The notes under the pieces: model-generated
What the model saw: only the letters and a program-made list of their open reading frames with translations
What the model was told of the DNA's origin: nothing
Databases searched by the model: none
Assembly (NCBI GenBank): GCA_035454085.1
Contig: DAOTEJ010000003.1
Span: 19,352 to 83,351, forward strand
DNA length: 64,000 nt
From: Burkholderiaceae bacterium
GTDB taxonomy: Bacteria > Pseudomonadota > Gammaproteobacteria > Burkholderiales > Burkholderiaceae_F
Reading direction: 5' to 3'
Position numbers and translations under genes: made by a program
Shown here: in pieces, positions 9,767-23,184 of the stretch
How positions within the stretch are numbered: position 1 is the stretch's first letter
How the letters are laid out: each line of letters opens with the position of its first letter

Positions 9767-12713
9767 CCGGGCTCACGTCGGCGCCTTGGGCGAAGGCGTA
9801 GCGGTTCTTGCCCTTGAGCTTGGCCTCGTACATGGCGAGGTCGGCAAGCTGGAACAGGCGGTCGAATTCGCGACCCTGCTCGGGCGCCAGGGCAACACCC
9901 ACGCTGGCGGTGACCTGGGCGGCCTCGCGCCCCTCGATGAGGATGGGCTGGGCTACGGCGTGCAGCACGCGCTCGACGATCGTGCGCACGCCGTCGAGCG
10001 TGTCGACGTGGCGCAGCAGCACCGCGAACTCGTCGCCGCCACGGCGCGCCACCGTATCGTCGCCGCGCACCACCGTGCTCAGCCGACGCGCCACCTCGCG
10101 CAGCACGCGGTCGCCGACCTCATGGCCCTCGGTGTCGTTGACCTGCTTGAACCCGTCGAGGTCGATCGCCAGCAGCGCGCAGTTGCTGCCCAGCATGTCG
10201 ATGGCCGCCAGCGCCGAGCGCACCCGCTCGGCGAAGTGGCGGCGGTTGGGCAGGCCGGTGAGCTCGTCGTGCAGCGCCGCGTGGCGCGCGCTCTGCTCGC
10301 GGCGGCGGATCACGTCGATGTCCGCCAGCACGAGCACGTACTCCTCGTCGCCGATCGCCCGCGCGGTGATCTGGCACCACGCGGTCTCGCCCTCGGTGCC
10401 GGCCATCACGTCGCCGCGGCGCAACTCCACTTCGCGCACGATCGCCTGATCGAGGTCGCGCGACTGCTCGGCGGCATGGCGCACGTCGCTCCAGGCCTCG
10501 AGGCTGCCGAAGCACTCCTCGATCGGCCGGTGGGTGAGCTGCTCGTTGCTCACGCCCAGCAGGCGCAGGAAGGCCTCATTGCAGCGCTCCACGCGGCCGC
10601 GCTTGACCACCGCAATCGCCTGGCCAGCGGAGTCGAGCACGGTGCGCTCGACGCGCAAGGCCTCGGCCAGCTCGCTCTCGCGCAGCTTGACCGCGGTGAG
10701 GTCGGCGTTCATGCCGATCGCCCCCGCGAACTGTCCGTCCGGACCGCGCAACGGGACCGCGCTCATCGACACCATCACGCGCTGCCCGCGACGGTTCTCG
10801 TGCACCACTTCGAGGTTGCGCACCCGAGTGCCTGCACGCAGATCGGCTAGCGCCTTGTCCAGCACCGGCTGGGCCAGGTGCACGGGCGCCAGCGCAGACA
10901 GAGGCAGGCCGTGCAGCTCGCGCGCATCGCGGCCGTACATCTCGCGCGCGGCGCGGCGGCTGGCGAAGGTCAGGTGCAGGCGCTCGTCGCAGGCCCACAC
11001 CAGGCTGGTCGAGGCCTCGACCAGGGCCTTGTACTGCGCCTTGCTGCGCTTGAGCCGGTCGACCGCCATGACCTCGGTGGGCGAGGCGATGGTGTCGAGC
11101 ACCAGCACGGCCTGGCTGCCCGCTCCCACGTAGGGGATGAAGTGACTGCGCAACAGCAGGCGCCCGCCGTTGCGACCCGTGCGCGCGTGCAGCACGTCGA
11201 AGGCCGCGTGACCCGCCGCCGCCTTGGCCAGCGCCGTGCCCACCTGCTTGCCCGAGTCGTCGACGAACTCGAAGGCCTCGCGCCAGGCAGGCTGGGCATG
11301 GGGATCGGCGCGCAGTCCCCAGCGCTGCGGATCGGCCCCCTGGGCGAGGATCAGGCGGCCGCTGTCGTCGACCAGCCAGACCAGCACCGGCAGGCGCGAG
11401 AGCAGCCGCGCGGCACCCGCCATCTCGGGAAGGGCGCCGACCGGGGGCGGTGCGATCCAGCCCAGCACCGGGCGGCCTGGCGAGGCCGCCTGGCAGATCG
11501 CGGTGACGCGCCGCGTCTGGCGCTCGCCCTGCACGTCGGTGAGTTCGAGGGTCTCGTCGAACATCAGGCCGGCGTCGCGCGCCGCGTCCCAGCGTGCCTG
11601 CACGCCGGGGCGCACGGCCTCGGTCAGCAAAGGCGCGAGCGGGAAGCCTTCGGGCACCAGCAGCTCGGAGGCCGCGAACTCCTGGGGCAGCTGCACCTCG
11701 CCCTGGGCGTCGCAGTACCAGGGCAGTCCGGCGGCGCCGGCACACCACTGGGCGAACTCACGCGCCTTCTCGATCGGATCGGTGGACTGCGGCGGCAGCA
11801 GCGCCAGTGCCATGGGCGCGTCACCCGCTCCGGCCTGCACCGGGCGCAGTTCCACGCGCCAGCCGGGCTCGTCGGTCGCCTTGTGCAGTTGCAGCCGCCC
11901 TTCGCCCGGGCGATGCGCCGCTGCGGCCTCGAGCAACTCGGGCGGCTCGATCTTGGCCCAGGCCGCCAGGCCCGTGCCGCGCACGCGCTCGAGCGGCTGG
12001 CGCAGACATTGCGCGGCGAGCGCGTTGAGTTCGAGGATGCGGCCGTCGCGCACCATCAGCACGGGCACCGGCATCAGGGCCAGCGCCCGGCGAAATCCGG
12101 CGCGGCGTTCGGCCTGGGCGTGGACCGCGGCCCGCGGAGCCGGACGGGGATGGCCCACCCAGGCGGCGACCAGCCATCCCAGGCCGATCACGAGCAGTGC
12201 ACCGGCAGGCCACGAGAGCGCCAATCCCAGCAGCAGCACCGCCGCCCAGCCCGCGAGGTAGAGCCGCCAGAGGGTGCGGCGCAGGGGACTGTCGAGCGCG
12301 GCCAGCAGCATGCTGGTTGCGGCCAGCGTGGCCAGACCCAGGGCCGACGCGCCCGGCGGCCACTGCCAGAGCAGCACGCCCCACAGCGTGGGCTCGGCCA
12401 GCAGCAGCAGGTCGGCGCGGTCGAGCAGGCTGGCATCCCGGCCAGAGCGCGACGCCAGCTCGGCCTCGAGGGTCAGCACGAGGCGCAGACCGATCGCCAG
12501 GACCCAGGCCACGGCCCAGCCCCAGACCCAGGCCTGCCCCCCCGAGATCTGCGCGAGCACGGCGGCAGCCGGCCCGAGCAGCAAGCTCAGGGGCAGCAGT
12601 CGGCGGCGCAGGCTCAGGTCGTGGAGATCGCGCGCCTCAGGCCTGGCGCGATCGCGGGCGGCGGAGAGGCGGTCGAGTGAGTCCTCCGGCGATGCGGTGA
12701 TCCGCTTTTTCAT
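9729..12713 (-). CDS. Sensor diguanylate cyclase (polytopic N-terminal membrane domain, PAS repeats, GGDEF)
   Basis: C-terminal GGDEF domain (LTGLPNRRHF...RRGGDEFAVLL), several PAS-like segments and about 6 N-terminal TM helices. No EAL domain. Start taken at ATG 12713; GTG 12737 is an alternative. Confidence 0.88.
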   Translation of the reverse strand: MKKRITASPEDSLDRLSAARDRARPEARDLHDLSLRRRLLPLSLLLGPAAAVLAQISGGQAWVWGWAVAWVLAIGLRLVLTLEAELASRSGRDASLLDRADLLLLAEPTLWGVLLWQWPPGASALGLATLAATSMLLAALDSPLRRTLWRLYLAGWAAVLLLGLALSWPAGALLVIGLGWLVAAWVGHPRPAPRAAVHAQAERRAGFRRALALMPVPVLMVRDGRILELNALAAQCLRQPLERVRGTGLAAWAKIEPPELLEAAAAHRPGEGRLQLHKATDEPGWRVELRPVQAGAGDAPMALALLPPQSTDPIEKAREFAQWCAGAAGLPWYCDAQGEVQLPQEFAASELLVPEGFPLAPLLTEAVRPGVQARWDAARDAGLMFDETLELTDVQGERQTRRVTAICQAASPGRPVLGWIAPPPVGALPEMAGAARLLSRLPVLVWLVDDSGRLILAQGADPQRWGLRADPHAQPAWREAFEFVDDSGKQVGTALAKAAAGHAAFDVLHARTGRNGGRLLLRSHFIPYVGAGSQAVLVLDTIASPTEVMAVDRLKRSKAQYKALVEASTSLVWACDERLHLTFASRRAAREMYGRDARELHGLPLSALAPVHLAQPVLDKALADLRAGTRVRNLEVVHENRRGQRVMVSMSAVPLRGPDGQFAGAIGMNADLTAVKLRESELAEALRVERTVLDSAGQAIAVVKRGRVERCNEAFLRLLGVSNEQLTHRPIEECFGSLEAWSDVRHAAEQSRDLDQAIVREVELRRGDVMAGTEGETAWCQITARAIGDEEYVLVLADIDVIRRREQSARHAALHDELTGLPNRRHFAERVRSALAAIDMLGSNCALLAIDLDGFKQVNDTEGHEVGDRVLREVARRLSTVVRGDDTVARRGGDEFAVLLRHVDTLDGVRTIVERVLHAVAQPILIEGREAAQVTASVGVALAPEQGREFDRLFQLADLAMYEAKLKGKNRYAFAQGADVSPATPPAVRATTRH

Positions 12714-12875
12714 TGTCGGGAAGGTGACGGCAGGCACCCCTTGCGCGGCCTGTTTCGCGCAAGGTGCCCGGCTTGGGCGATGCTAGCCCGGCGCCTGTAG
12801 CGTCGCCAACGCCGGCCGTGTCGCGATTTCGTATCGCGGCTCGCGGCGTTGGGTGGCGGGCACAATCCGCTCGAC

Positions 12876-13811
12876 ATGAGTTTGCCTGCCGTCTCAGCGA
12901 TCCTGCCGGCCGCCGCCTACCGGGGGCGCTTCGCGCCCTCGCCCACCGGGCCCCTGCACGCCGGCTCGCTGGTCGCGGCGCTTGCCAGTTGGCTGGACGC
13001 CCGCGCCCAGGGCGGCGAGTGGCTGGTCCGCATCGAGGACCTCGATCCCCCGCGCGAGGCGCCGGGCGCGGGGCAGCGCATCCTGCGCCAACTCGCCGCC
13101 TTCGGGCTGGAAAGCGACCACCCGGTGCTGTGGCAAAGCACCCGCCACGAGGCCTACGCGGCGGCTCTCGAGCGCCTGATCGCGACCGGGCAGGCCTACC
13201 CCTGCGCGTGTACCCGGGCCGAGGTGGCCGCCGCGGCACGCGCGCTCGGACTGCCCGAGTCGGTCTACCCCGGCACCTGCGCCCAGGGCCTGCCCCCCGG
13301 CGCGCTTGCCCGTGCCTGGCGCCTGCGCCTGCCGCGGCCCAAGGTGCGATGGCACGACCGGGCCGCAGGCGAGCTGACCCAGGACCTGCACAGCGAGGTG
13401 GGCGACTTCGTGCTCAAGCGAGCCGACGGGCTGTGGGCCTACCAGCTGGCGGTCGTGGTGGACGACGCTGCCCAGGGGATCAGCGACGTGGTGCGCGGCG
13501 CTGATCTGCTGGACAACACGCCGCGGCAGCGCGTGCTGCAGGCGGCGCTGGGCGTGCCGCAGCCGCGCACCCTGCACGTGCCGCTGGTGCTCACCGCGCA
13601 CGGCGAGAAGCTCTCGAAGCAGACCGGCGCTGCCGCACTCGACGAGACAGATGTCGCAGGGGAACTGGCGCGGGCACTGGCACACCTGGGCTTGCCGCGC
13701 ATCGGCGGCGACCGGCCGGCGGCGACGCTGGCGCACGCCGTGGAACTCTGGGGCGAACGCTGGGTGGCACCGGGCTCCGGCAGGCCGCCGGAGCCTGGCG
13801 CTAGCGCTTGA
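12876..13811 (+). CDS. gluQ: tRNA glutamyl-Q(34) synthetase GluQRS
   Basis: Track ORF trimmed to ATG 12876. Motifs [39 protein letters not shown] and KLSKQ. Truncated GluRS-like, no anticodon-binding domain. Confidence 0.9.
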   Translation: MSLPAVSAILPAAAYRGRFAPSPTGPLHAGSLVAALASWLDARAQGGEWLVRIEDLDPPREAPGAGQRILRQLAAFGLESDHPVLWQSTRHEAYAAALERLIATGQAYPCACTRAEVAAAARALGLPESVYPGTCAQGLPPGALARAWRLRLPRPKVRWHDRAAGELTQDLHSEVGDFVLKRADGLWAYQLAVVVDDAAQGISDVVRGADLLDNTPRQRVLQAALGVPQPRTLHVPLVLTAHGEKLSKQTGAAALDETDVAGELARALAHLGLPRIGGDRPAATLAHAVELWGERWVAPGSGRPPEPGASA

Positions 13812-15255
13812 GCCCGCCGAGCAGCGCCGAGGTCCGCGCGGGCTTGCGCTCCGGCGTGCTGGGGGCCGGAGCCTGGGCACCGGCGGCTCCGCCGGCGCCA
13901 CTGGGCTCGTAGGGCTGCGAGAAGAAGGGGTCGGCGGACCCCGATCGCGCCGGCGCGCGCTCGCTGCGCTCGGCCCGTTCACGGCGCTCCGGACGCTCGG
14001 TTCGCTCGCTGCGCTCCGGACGCTCAGTGCGCTCGGGACGCTCGCTGCGCTGTGCGCGTTCGCCGTGCTCGGGGCGGTCGCGGCGGTCGCGGCGCTCCGC
14101 CTGGTGCTCGGCGCGCTCGAAGTGCTGCTTGGTGAGCTTCTCGATGGCGGCGACGCCGCGCTCGTCCGCGCCGGTCATCATCATGATCGCCAGGCCCGAG
14201 GCGCCCGCGCGCCCGGTGCGGCCAATGCGGTGGATGTAGTCCTCGGCCTGGAACGGAACGTCGTAGTTGATCACCACCGGCAACTCGGCGATGTCGAGGC
14301 CGCGCGCCGCCACGTCGGTGGCGACCAGCACTTCGATGGTGCCGTCCTTGAAGCCCTCGAGCGCCTTCATGCGCTCGTCCTGCGTCTTGTCGCCGTGGAT
14401 CGCGTCGGCGTTGACGCCGGCCTTCTGCAGCTGACGCGCGAGCCGCCGACACTCGATCTTGGCGTTGACGAAGACGAGCACCTGGGTGAGCCGCCCGCCG
14501 TCGGGGCCGCGCGTCTTGAGCAGTTGCAGCAGCGCGTCGGTCTTCTCGGACTCGTGCACGCGCAGCACTTCCTGGGTCACCGTATCGGCCGTGGCGTTGC
14601 GGCGCGCCACCTCGACCAGCACGGGAGCGTTGAGGAAGTTGGCGGCGAGCCGCTTGATTTCCTCGGAGAAGGTCGCCGAGAACATCAGGCTCTGGCGCTG
14701 CTTGGGCAGGAAATTGAGGATGCGCGAGATGTCGGGCAGGAAGCCCATGTCCAGCATGCGGTCAGCCTCGTCGAGCACCACGATCTCGACCTGCGAGAGG
14801 CTGGTGTTCTTCTGCTCGATGTGGTCGAGCAGGCGGCCTGGCGTGGCGATCAGGATCTCGACGCCGGCGCGCAGCGCCTCGGTCTGGGGGCGCATGTCGA
14901 CGCCGCCGTAGACCATGGCCACGCGCAGCGGGCACTTGGACGCGTACTTCCTGAGATTGTCGGCCACCTGGTCGGCAAGTTCACGCGTGGGCGTGAGTAC
15001 CAGGCCGCGCACCGGATGGCGCGCCGGCGACACGCTGGTGCTGGCATGGCGCATCAGGCGCTGCAGCATGGGCAGGCCGAAGCCCGCCGTCTTGCCGGTG
15101 CCGGTCTGCGCCGCGCCCATCACGTCGCCGCCCTTGAGGACGATGGGGATGGCCTTGGACTGGATCGGAGTGGGCGTGGTGTAGCCCATCTCGGTGATCG
15201 CGGCGAGGATCTGCGGATCGAGGCCGAAGTGATTGAAGTCGTGGTACTCGGACAT
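13801..15255 (-). CDS. rhlE: DEAD-box ATP-dependent RNA helicase (RhlE-like)
   Basis: AQTGTGKT (Walker A), [10 protein letters not shown] (DEAD), [13 protein letters not shown]. Basic/acidic ER-repeat C-terminal tail. The 3' end overlaps gluQ by 11 nt (convergent). Confidence 0.92.
   Translation of the reverse strand: MSEYHDFNHFGLDPQILAAITEMGYTTPTPIQSKAIPIVLKGGDVMGAAQTGTGKTAGFGLPMLQRLMRHASTSVSPARHPVRGLVLTPTRELADQVADNLRKYASKCPLRVAMVYGGVDMRPQTEALRAGVEILIATPGRLLDHIEQKNTSLSQVEIVVLDEADRMLDMGFLPDISRILNFLPKQRQSLMFSATFSEEIKRLAANFLNAPVLVEVARRNATADTVTQEVLRVHESEKTDALLQLLKTRGPDGGRLTQVLVFVNAKIECRRLARQLQKAGVNADAIHGDKTQDERMKALEGFKDGTIEVLVATDVAARGLDIAELPVVINYDVPFQAEDYIHRIGRTGRAGASGLAIMMMTGADERGVAAIEKLTKQHFERAEHQAERRDRRDRPEHGERAQRSERPERTERPERSERTERPERRERAERSERAPARSGSADPFFSQPYEPSGAGGAAGAQAPAPSTPERKPARTSALLGGLKR
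13957..14100 (-). repeat. In-frame degenerate tandem repeat encoding the ER-rich helicase tail
   Basis: Encodes [47 protein letters not shown]. Iterated GCGCTCCGGACGCTC-like units are visible in the DNA. Confidence 0.6.
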
Positions 15256-15356
15256 GCGAACTGCTCAATACGCCGTCGCGGCAAGCCGCGCAGCGCGAAG
15301 GCGCGCGGAACGTCCGCGCGAACGGCCGGCCGCGGTTGCGGCGGCAGGGGTGCAAC

Positions 15357-15432
<76 letters not shown>

Positions 15433-15476
15433 GCCCGAAAGTCGAGCGGGCGGGCAAGAGCCGCCTGCGTTCAAGC

Positions 15477-17810
<2,334 letters not shown>

Positions 17811-18245
17811 GCATTCACCTGGCTGTTCGCTGATCCTGGGCGGAATCGTTGTCGACCCCGTCGCATCCCGGCTGGCTGAAAGCCGGGGCTTGTTCTGGCC
17901 ACACCCGCGCATCGGTACTCCTGCCCCACATGCGTCCCGACCCGGCCGCATCAAGCCCGGCCAAGGGATCAACCCGAGGCTGCGCTCCTGGCAAGGTGCG
18001 CAGCCCGAGTAGGGTCATGCAAGACATGGAGGCGCGTGCGCGCTCTGCGGCCCCGGTCCGGCAACGACGGCGCATGGCTGGTCGGTCTGTCGTTCCAGGG
18101 GCCGTTGTGGCCACGTCCGGAGGGCACCGATGCCTGTCGCTCGCGACTGCGGGGATACTGCCTGCGCCAACCGATCGATCGTGATCTCCTGGGCGCCCGG
18201 TCTCGGTCACTCTGCGAAGGTGTCCGGCCCGGAAAAGAGCGGTGG

Positions 18246-18274
18246 ATTATACCAGCGCAGACGGCCAGTGACCG
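18246..18274 (-). promoter_or_regulatory. Candidate sigma-70 promoter for rpoD (perfect extended -10)
   Basis: The minus strand reads GCGGTCACTGGCCGTCTGCGCTGGTATAATCCACC immediately after the dnaG stop. TGGTATAAT (18246-18254) is a perfect extended -10. The -35 is weak (CGGTCA, 17-nt spacer). Confidence 0.45.
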
Positions 18275-18275
18275 C

Positions 18276-20048
18276 TCAGGGACTGCCCGCAGCGTCGCGG
18301 CGCGCGGCCTTGAGGCGAGCCTGTCGTTCGCTCAGCCGCTGGATCTCGCCGCGCGTGTGCTCGCTCAGGCCCTGAGTGATCAGGGACTCGAGCTCGCCGC
18401 TCACACGGGCAAGCTCCAGCGAAAGAAAGGCCGCCCCAAGCTCGCGCCGGGCGGTCTCGACGCTGGTGGCCAGACTCATTTCGCGAGCAGCGTGCTGGCG
18501 GTAGTCGGCGGCCCAGGGGCTGCGGCCGAGTGCCTCCATGAGGGCGATAGGCGACACCGCGATGCCCCCCTCCTCCGCCGTGGCCGTGCGCCAGACCTCG
18601 ACGATCTGATGGTCGGCATCGTCGCCTTCCCGGCCCACGATCTCGTCGATGATGGCGTCGCTGAACTCGCGGGCCAGCGCCGGGTGGGCCAGCAGGTGCT
18701 GCACGATGCGCCGCTTGAGATCCTCGACCTCGGCGTGACGAGTGGGGCGCGCGCTGGGCGCGCGCGCGGGCCGCGGCCGGCGCAGTCCGAACAGTGCCTC
18801 CACGTCTTCCAGGGCGGTGCGCGCCGCGCCGGCGAGTTCCTGGGTCAGTTGCAGGCGCAAGGCATTCGCCGGCATGGTCTGCAACAGGGGCCGGGCATCG
18901 GCGAGCAGGCTTGCGCGGTCCTCGGGCGCGTCGAGCGTGCGCCCCTGCGCAAGAGTCCGCAGGAAAAAGCGCGACAGAGGCAGGGCCTGCGCCAGCTCCT
19001 CGCGGAATGCATCGGGCCCGCCCCGCTTGATCAGGCTGTCCGGATCCTCGCCCTCGGGCAGGAGCAGAAAGCTCGCGCGCTGCCGTTCGCCGATCACTGG
19101 CAGGGTCGCCTCGAGGGCCCTGCGAGCGGCCTTGCGGCCCGCGGCATCGCCGTCGAAGGCGAACACCACGTGGTCGGTCAGGCGCAGCAGGGTGGCGACG
19201 TGGTGTGTGGTGAGCGCGGTACCCAGCGCGGCCACCGACTCCTCGAAGCCCGCCTGGGCAAGCTGGATCACATCCATGTAGCCCTCGACCACCAGAGCCC
19301 GTCCGGCGGTGCGGATCGCTTCCCGCCCTTCGTGGAGCCCATAGAGCTCCTGGCCCTTGTGGAACACCGGCGTCTCGGGCGAGTTGAGGTACTTGGGTTC
19401 GCCCGATCCCATGACGCGCGCGCCAAAGCCGATCACCGCGCCGCGCGCGTTGCGGATCGGGAACATGAGGCGGCCGCGGAACCGGTCGTAGCGCTTGCCC
19501 TCCTCGCCCTCGATCACCAGTCCGGCCTCGACCAGCCGGGGATCCTCGTAGCGCGCGAAGGCATCGCGCAGCCCCTGCCAGGTGTCGGTCGAGTAGCCCA
19601 GCGCGAAGCGCGCCGCCGTCGCTCCGGTGACGCCGCGCCCCTTGAGGTAGTCGATCGCCGCCGGGGCCTCCTTGAGGCAGGCGCGATAGTGCTCCGCCGC
19701 GCGACCCAGGAGGTCGGTGAGGCCCGCCACGCGCGCCGTCGCCGCCGCGCGGCCGGGCTCCTCGGGCACCGTGAGGCCGGCCTGCTGGGCCAGTTCGCGG
19801 ATCGCGTCCACGTAGCCCAGCCCGCGGTACTCCATGAGGAAGCCGATCGCGCTGCCATGCGCTCCGCAGCCGAAGCAGTGATAGAACTGCTTCGAGGGGC
19901 TGACGGTGAACGAGGGGCTCTTCTCGCTGTGGAACGGGCACAGGCCGAGCAGGTTCTGCCCGGCCTTTTTCAGCTGCACGTAGCGGCCGACCACGTCGAC
20001 CACATCGACGCGCGCGAGCAAATCCTGAATGAAGCTTTGGGGAATCAT
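18276..20048 (-). CDS. dnaG: DNA primase DnaG
   Basis: Zinc-finger CPFHSEKSPSFTVSPSKQFYHCFGCGAHG, TOPRIM region (LVVEGYMDVI). Position in the rpsU-dnaG-rpoD cluster. Confidence 0.95.
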   Translation of the reverse strand: MIPQSFIQDLLARVDVVDVVGRYVQLKKAGQNLLGLCPFHSEKSPSFTVSPSKQFYHCFGCGAHGSAIGFLMEYRGLGYVDAIRELAQQAGLTVPEEPGRAAATARVAGLTDLLGRAAEHYRACLKEAPAAIDYLKGRGVTGATAARFALGYSTDTWQGLRDAFARYEDPRLVEAGLVIEGEEGKRYDRFRGRLMFPIRNARGAVIGFGARVMGSGEPKYLNSPETPVFHKGQELYGLHEGREAIRTAGRALVVEGYMDVIQLAQAGFEESVAALGTALTTHHVATLLRLTDHVVFAFDGDAAGRKAARRALEATLPVIGERQRASFLLLPEGEDPDSLIKRGGPDAFREELAQALPLSRFFLRTLAQGRTLDAPEDRASLLADARPLLQTMPANALRLQLTQELAGAARTALEDVEALFGLRRPRPARAPSARPTRHAEVEDLKRRIVQHLLAHPALAREFSDAIIDEIVGREGDDADHQIVEVWRTATAEEGGIAVSPIALMEALGRSPWAADYRQHAAREMSLATSVETARRELGAAFLSLELARVSGELESLITQGLSEHTRGEIQRLSERQARLKAARRDAAGSP

Positions 20049-20111
20049 GGGCGCCCAAGTGTAAGCGGGGCACCGTGCCCGCTCGACCGGCCGCCGGCCG
20101 GGTGCGGCCGC

Positions 20112-20558
20112 TCAGGCGCTGAGCAGCGCCTTGACCTGGGCCGATACCTGGGCGATGTCGGCGCGGCCCGCCAACTGGGGCTTGAGCAGGCCCATGACCT
20201 TGCCCATCGCCTGCGGACCCGTGACGCCGGCCTGGGCGATGGCCGCGTCGATCAGCGCAGCGATCTCGCCTTCGCCCAGCGCTTGCGGCAGGTAGACCGA
20301 GATCACCTCGATCTCGGCGCGCTCCTTGGAGGCCAGGTCTTCGCGGGCGGCCGCGGTGTACTGCTCGGCCGCGTCGCGGCGCTGCTTGATGAGCTTGCCG
20401 ACGATGGCGACGACCTCGGCATCACCGGCCTCGGTTCGCTGGTCCACCTCGAACTGCTTGATCGCCGCGAGCAGCAGGCGCACGGCGGACAGGCGCGCCG
20501 CATCCCGGGCGCGCATGGCGTCCTTCATGTCGGCGGTGATCCGCTCCTTGAGGCTCAT
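20112..20558 (-). CDS. yqeY: GatB/YqeY domain-containing protein
   Basis: MSLKERITADMKDAMRARDAARLSAVRLLLAAIKQFEVD... typical YqeY. Lies between rpsU and dnaG. Confidence 0.9.
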   Translation of the reverse strand: MSLKERITADMKDAMRARDAARLSAVRLLLAAIKQFEVDQRTEAGDAEVVAIVGKLIKQRRDAAEQYTAAAREDLASKERAEIEVISVYLPQALGEGEIAALIDAAIAQAGVTGPQAMGKVMGLLKPQLAGRADIAQVSAQVKALLSA

Positions 20559-20637
20559 CGGGAGTTCTGCGGCAGGGTGCGCGGCGAGCCGGGCTCAGCG
20601 GCGCGCCCCTGAACGCGGGGCAGGCGTGAGGCGACGA

Positions 20638-20850
20638 TCAGTACATCTTCTTGGGCAGCATCTGGCTGCGCAGGCGCTTGTAGTGACGCTTGACCGCGGC
20701 GGCCTTCTTGCGCTTGCGCTCGGAAGTGGGCTTCTCGTAGAACTCGCGGGCGCGCAGTTCGGTGAGCAGACCGCTCTTCTCGATCGTGCGCTTGAAGCGC
20801 CGCAGCGCAACTTCGAAAGGCTCGTTTTCCTTGACGCGAATAGTGGGCAT
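20638..20850 (-). CDS. rpsU: 30S ribosomal protein S21
   Basis: [42 protein letters not shown]... Confidence 0.97.
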   Translation of the reverse strand: MPTIRVKENEPFEVALRRFKRTIEKSGLLTELRAREFYEKPTSERKRKKAAAVKRHYKRLRSQMLPKKMY

Positions 20851-20891
20851 CGGGCACCTGAAAGCGTGGGCAGACCAGCTGAAAGGCGCGG

Positions 20892-20921
20892 ATTGTAGCC
20901 GGTTTCGCTTTTCCCAGACAA
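20892..20921 (-). promoter_or_regulatory. Candidate rpsU promoter
   Basis: Minus strand TTGTCT (20916-20921), 18-nt spacer, TACAAT (20892-20897), about 40 nt upstream of the rpsU ATG. By-eye match only. Confidence 0.3.
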
Positions 20922-20991
20922 CTCAGAGTCTTATGCGGGGTTCCCAGGCCGTGCGTCCGGCCGCGGGATATCCCTGCCGTACACTGCCCCG

Positions 20992-22029
20992 ATGCTGATC
21001 CTGGGACTCGAAACCTCTTGCGACGAGACCGGCGTCGCGCTCCTGCACAGCCAGCGTGGAGTGCTCGCCCAGGCCGTCCACAGCCAGATCGACATGCACC
21101 GGGCCTATGGTGGCGTGGTGCCCGAACTGGCCTCGCGCGACCACATCCGTCGCGTACTGCCCTTGATCGATCAGGTGCTGGCAGCTGCCGGCCGCAGCCG
21201 AGTGGACATCGACGCCATCGCCGTCACCGAGGGGCCGGGGCTGGCAGGCGCGTTGCTGGTGGGCGCGAGCGTGGCACACGCCCTGGGCTACGTGCTGGGC
21301 AAGCCGGTGATCGGCGTGCATCACCTCGAGGGTCACCTGCTCTCGCCCCTGCTCGCCGAGCCACGGCCCGCGTTCCCCTTCGTGGCCTTGCTCGTCTCGG
21401 GCGGCCACACCCAGCTGATGCGCGTGGACGCGCCGGGCAGCTATGAACTGCTGGGCGAAACCCTTGACGACGCTGCGGGCGAGGCCTTCGACAAGACCGG
21501 CCAGCTGCTCGGCCTGCCCTACCCGGGCGGGCCGGCGGTGTCGGCGCTCGCGGAGCATGGCCGGCCAGGCCAGGTGGAACTGCCGCGCCCGATGCTCCAT
21601 AGCGGCGACCTGGACTTCAGCTTCTCCGGTCTCAAGACCGCGGTGCTCACCGCCGTCAAGGCACGCCCGCTGGACGAGGCGCGCCGCGCCGACATTGCGC
21701 GCGCCTTTGTCGACGCGGTGGTCGACGTGCTGTGCGCCAAGTCCTTACGCGCCCTCGAGTCCACTGGCCTGGCAACCCTGGTGGTTGCCGGCGGGGTGGG
21801 AGCCAACCGCCAGTTGCGCGAGCGCCTGCACGACGAGGGCAAGCGCCGCGGGCTGAAGGTGCACTTTCCCCCCATGGATCTGTGTACCGACAACGGAGCG
21901 ATGATCGCGCTGGCCGGACTGGCGCGCCTGCGTCGTGCTGATCCGCTGCGCCTGGCCTCGGAGTTCGGCTACGCCGTGCGGCCGCGCTGGCCGCTCACCG
22001 AGGCTACGCGAGAAGTCGCGAGCACCTAG
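20992..22029 (+). CDS. tsaD: tRNA N6-adenosine threonylcarbamoyltransferase TsaD
   Basis: [18 protein letters not shown]..., [10 protein letters not shown]. Divergent from rpsU, as in E. coli. Confidence 0.95.
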   Translation: MLILGLETSCDETGVALLHSQRGVLAQAVHSQIDMHRAYGGVVPELASRDHIRRVLPLIDQVLAAAGRSRVDIDAIAVTEGPGLAGALLVGASVAHALGYVLGKPVIGVHHLEGHLLSPLLAEPRPAFPFVALLVSGGHTQLMRVDAPGSYELLGETLDDAAGEAFDKTGQLLGLPYPGGPAVSALAEHGRPGQVELPRPMLHSGDLDFSFSGLKTAVLTAVKARPLDEARRADIARAFVDAVVDVLCAKSLRALESTGLATLVVAGGVGANRQLRERLHDEGKRRGLKVHFPPMDLCTDNGAMIALAGLARLRRADPLRLASEFGYAVRPRWPLTEATREVAST

Positions 22030-22652
22030 CGCCGCCGCCGCGCTGCGCCACCCTTGTCGCCGATGCGGCTCTCCTTGCCGGCCATGAGCTTTTCGATGTT
22101 GGCGCGATGACGCCAGACGGTGAAGCCGGAGATCACCGCCACGGCGACGAAGACGCCATCGAGCCCCCACACCAGTGCATAGAACAGCGGTGCGAAGCCG
22201 CAGGCCACGATGGCTGCGAGCGACGAGTAGCGGAAGAAGCCGGCCACCAGCGCCCACACCAGCGCCACCGCCAGGCCCAGCCAGGGTTGCAGCGAGAGCA
22301 GCACGCCCGCGGCCGTCGCCACCCCCTTGCCGCCCTTGAAGCGCAGGAAGACGGGATACAGGTGGCCCATGAATACCGCCACGGCCACGAGCGCGACCGT
22401 GCCTTCGCCCAGGCCGAGGGCCGGCCCGTAGCGCTGCGCCAGCCATACCGCCAGCCACCCCTTGGCGGCATCGCCCAGCAAGGTGAGCAGCGCGGCGGCC
22501 TTGTTGCCCGAGCGCAGCACGTTGGTGGCCCCCGGATTGCCCGAGCCGTAGCTGCGAGGATCGGCCAAGCCGAAGGCGCGACTGACGATCACTGCGAAGG
22601 GCACCGAGCCCAGCAGGTAGGCGGCGGCGATGGCGATCAGGCTCGAAAGCAT
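22026..22652 (-). CDS. plsY: Glycerol-3-phosphate acyltransferase PlsY
   Basis: [11 protein letters not shown]...[14 protein letters not shown]...FKGGKGVAT motifs. Confidence 0.93.
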   Translation of the reverse strand: MLSSLIAIAAAYLLGSVPFAVIVSRAFGLADPRSYGSGNPGATNVLRSGNKAAALLTLLGDAAKGWLAVWLAQRYGPALGLGEGTVALVAVAVFMGHLYPVFLRFKGGKGVATAAGVLLSLQPWLGLAVALVWALVAGFFRYSSLAAIVACGFAPLFYALVWGLDGVFVAVAVISGFTVWRHRANIEKLMAGKESRIGDKGGAARRRR

Positions 22653-22666
22653 GGCGGGAGCGAATC

Positions 22667-23158
22667 CTAGTCAGGCAAGGCGCAGTCGACGGGCTGCGCG
22701 GCCAGCGGCCCGGCCAGTGCCGCGGGCTCGATCGCCACGAGATAGCCGCGACGGCCGCCATTGATGTAGAGCCGGGGCAGATCGAGCACGCTGCGTTCCA
22801 CGAACACCGGCAGCGGCTTGCGCGTGCCGAAGGGCGAGGTCCCGCCCACCTGGTAGCCGGTGTGGCGCTGCGCCACCTCGGGAGTGCAGGGCTCGATGCG
22901 CTTGCGGCCGCACTGGCGCGCCAGCGCCTTGGTCGACACCTTGCAGTCGCCATGCATCAGCACGATCAGGGGTCGGGCCGCCTCGTCCTGCATCACCAGG
23001 GTCTTCACCACGGCGTGCTCGGGCACGCCGAGCGCGGCCGAGGACACCGCCGTGCCGCCGTGTTCGACGTAGTCGTACACGAGCTCCTCGAAGGTAATGC
23101 CGCGCTGGCGCAGCCACTGCGTGGCTGGCGTCTCGCTGACGTGGGCGTGCTTGCTCAT
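22667..23158 (-). CDS. ybaK: Cys-tRNA(Pro)/Cys-tRNA(Cys) deacylase YbaK
   Basis: In-frame ATG 23158 within fused track ORF 22667..23905: [30 protein letters not shown]... GGTSPFG motif. Confidence 0.88.
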   Translation of the reverse strand: MSKHAHVSETPATQWLRQRGITFEELVYDYVEHGGTAVSSAALGVPEHAVVKTLVMQDEAARPLIVLMHGDCKVSTKALARQCGRKRIEPCTPEVAQRHTGYQVGGTSPFGTRKPLPVFVERSVLDLPRLYINGGRRGYLVAIEPAALAGPLAAQPVDCALPD

Positions 23159-23184
23159 GGGACGAGTGTATCGGCGCTGCCCGC

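Noticed and set aside
17815-18210. 131-aa minus-strand ORF inside the dnaG-rpoD spacer as a real gene
   Set aside because: The translation (MTETGRPGDHDRSVGAGSIPAVASDRHRCPPDV...) is not protein-like. It has no SD, and other frames are equally open. It is treated as noncoding leader.
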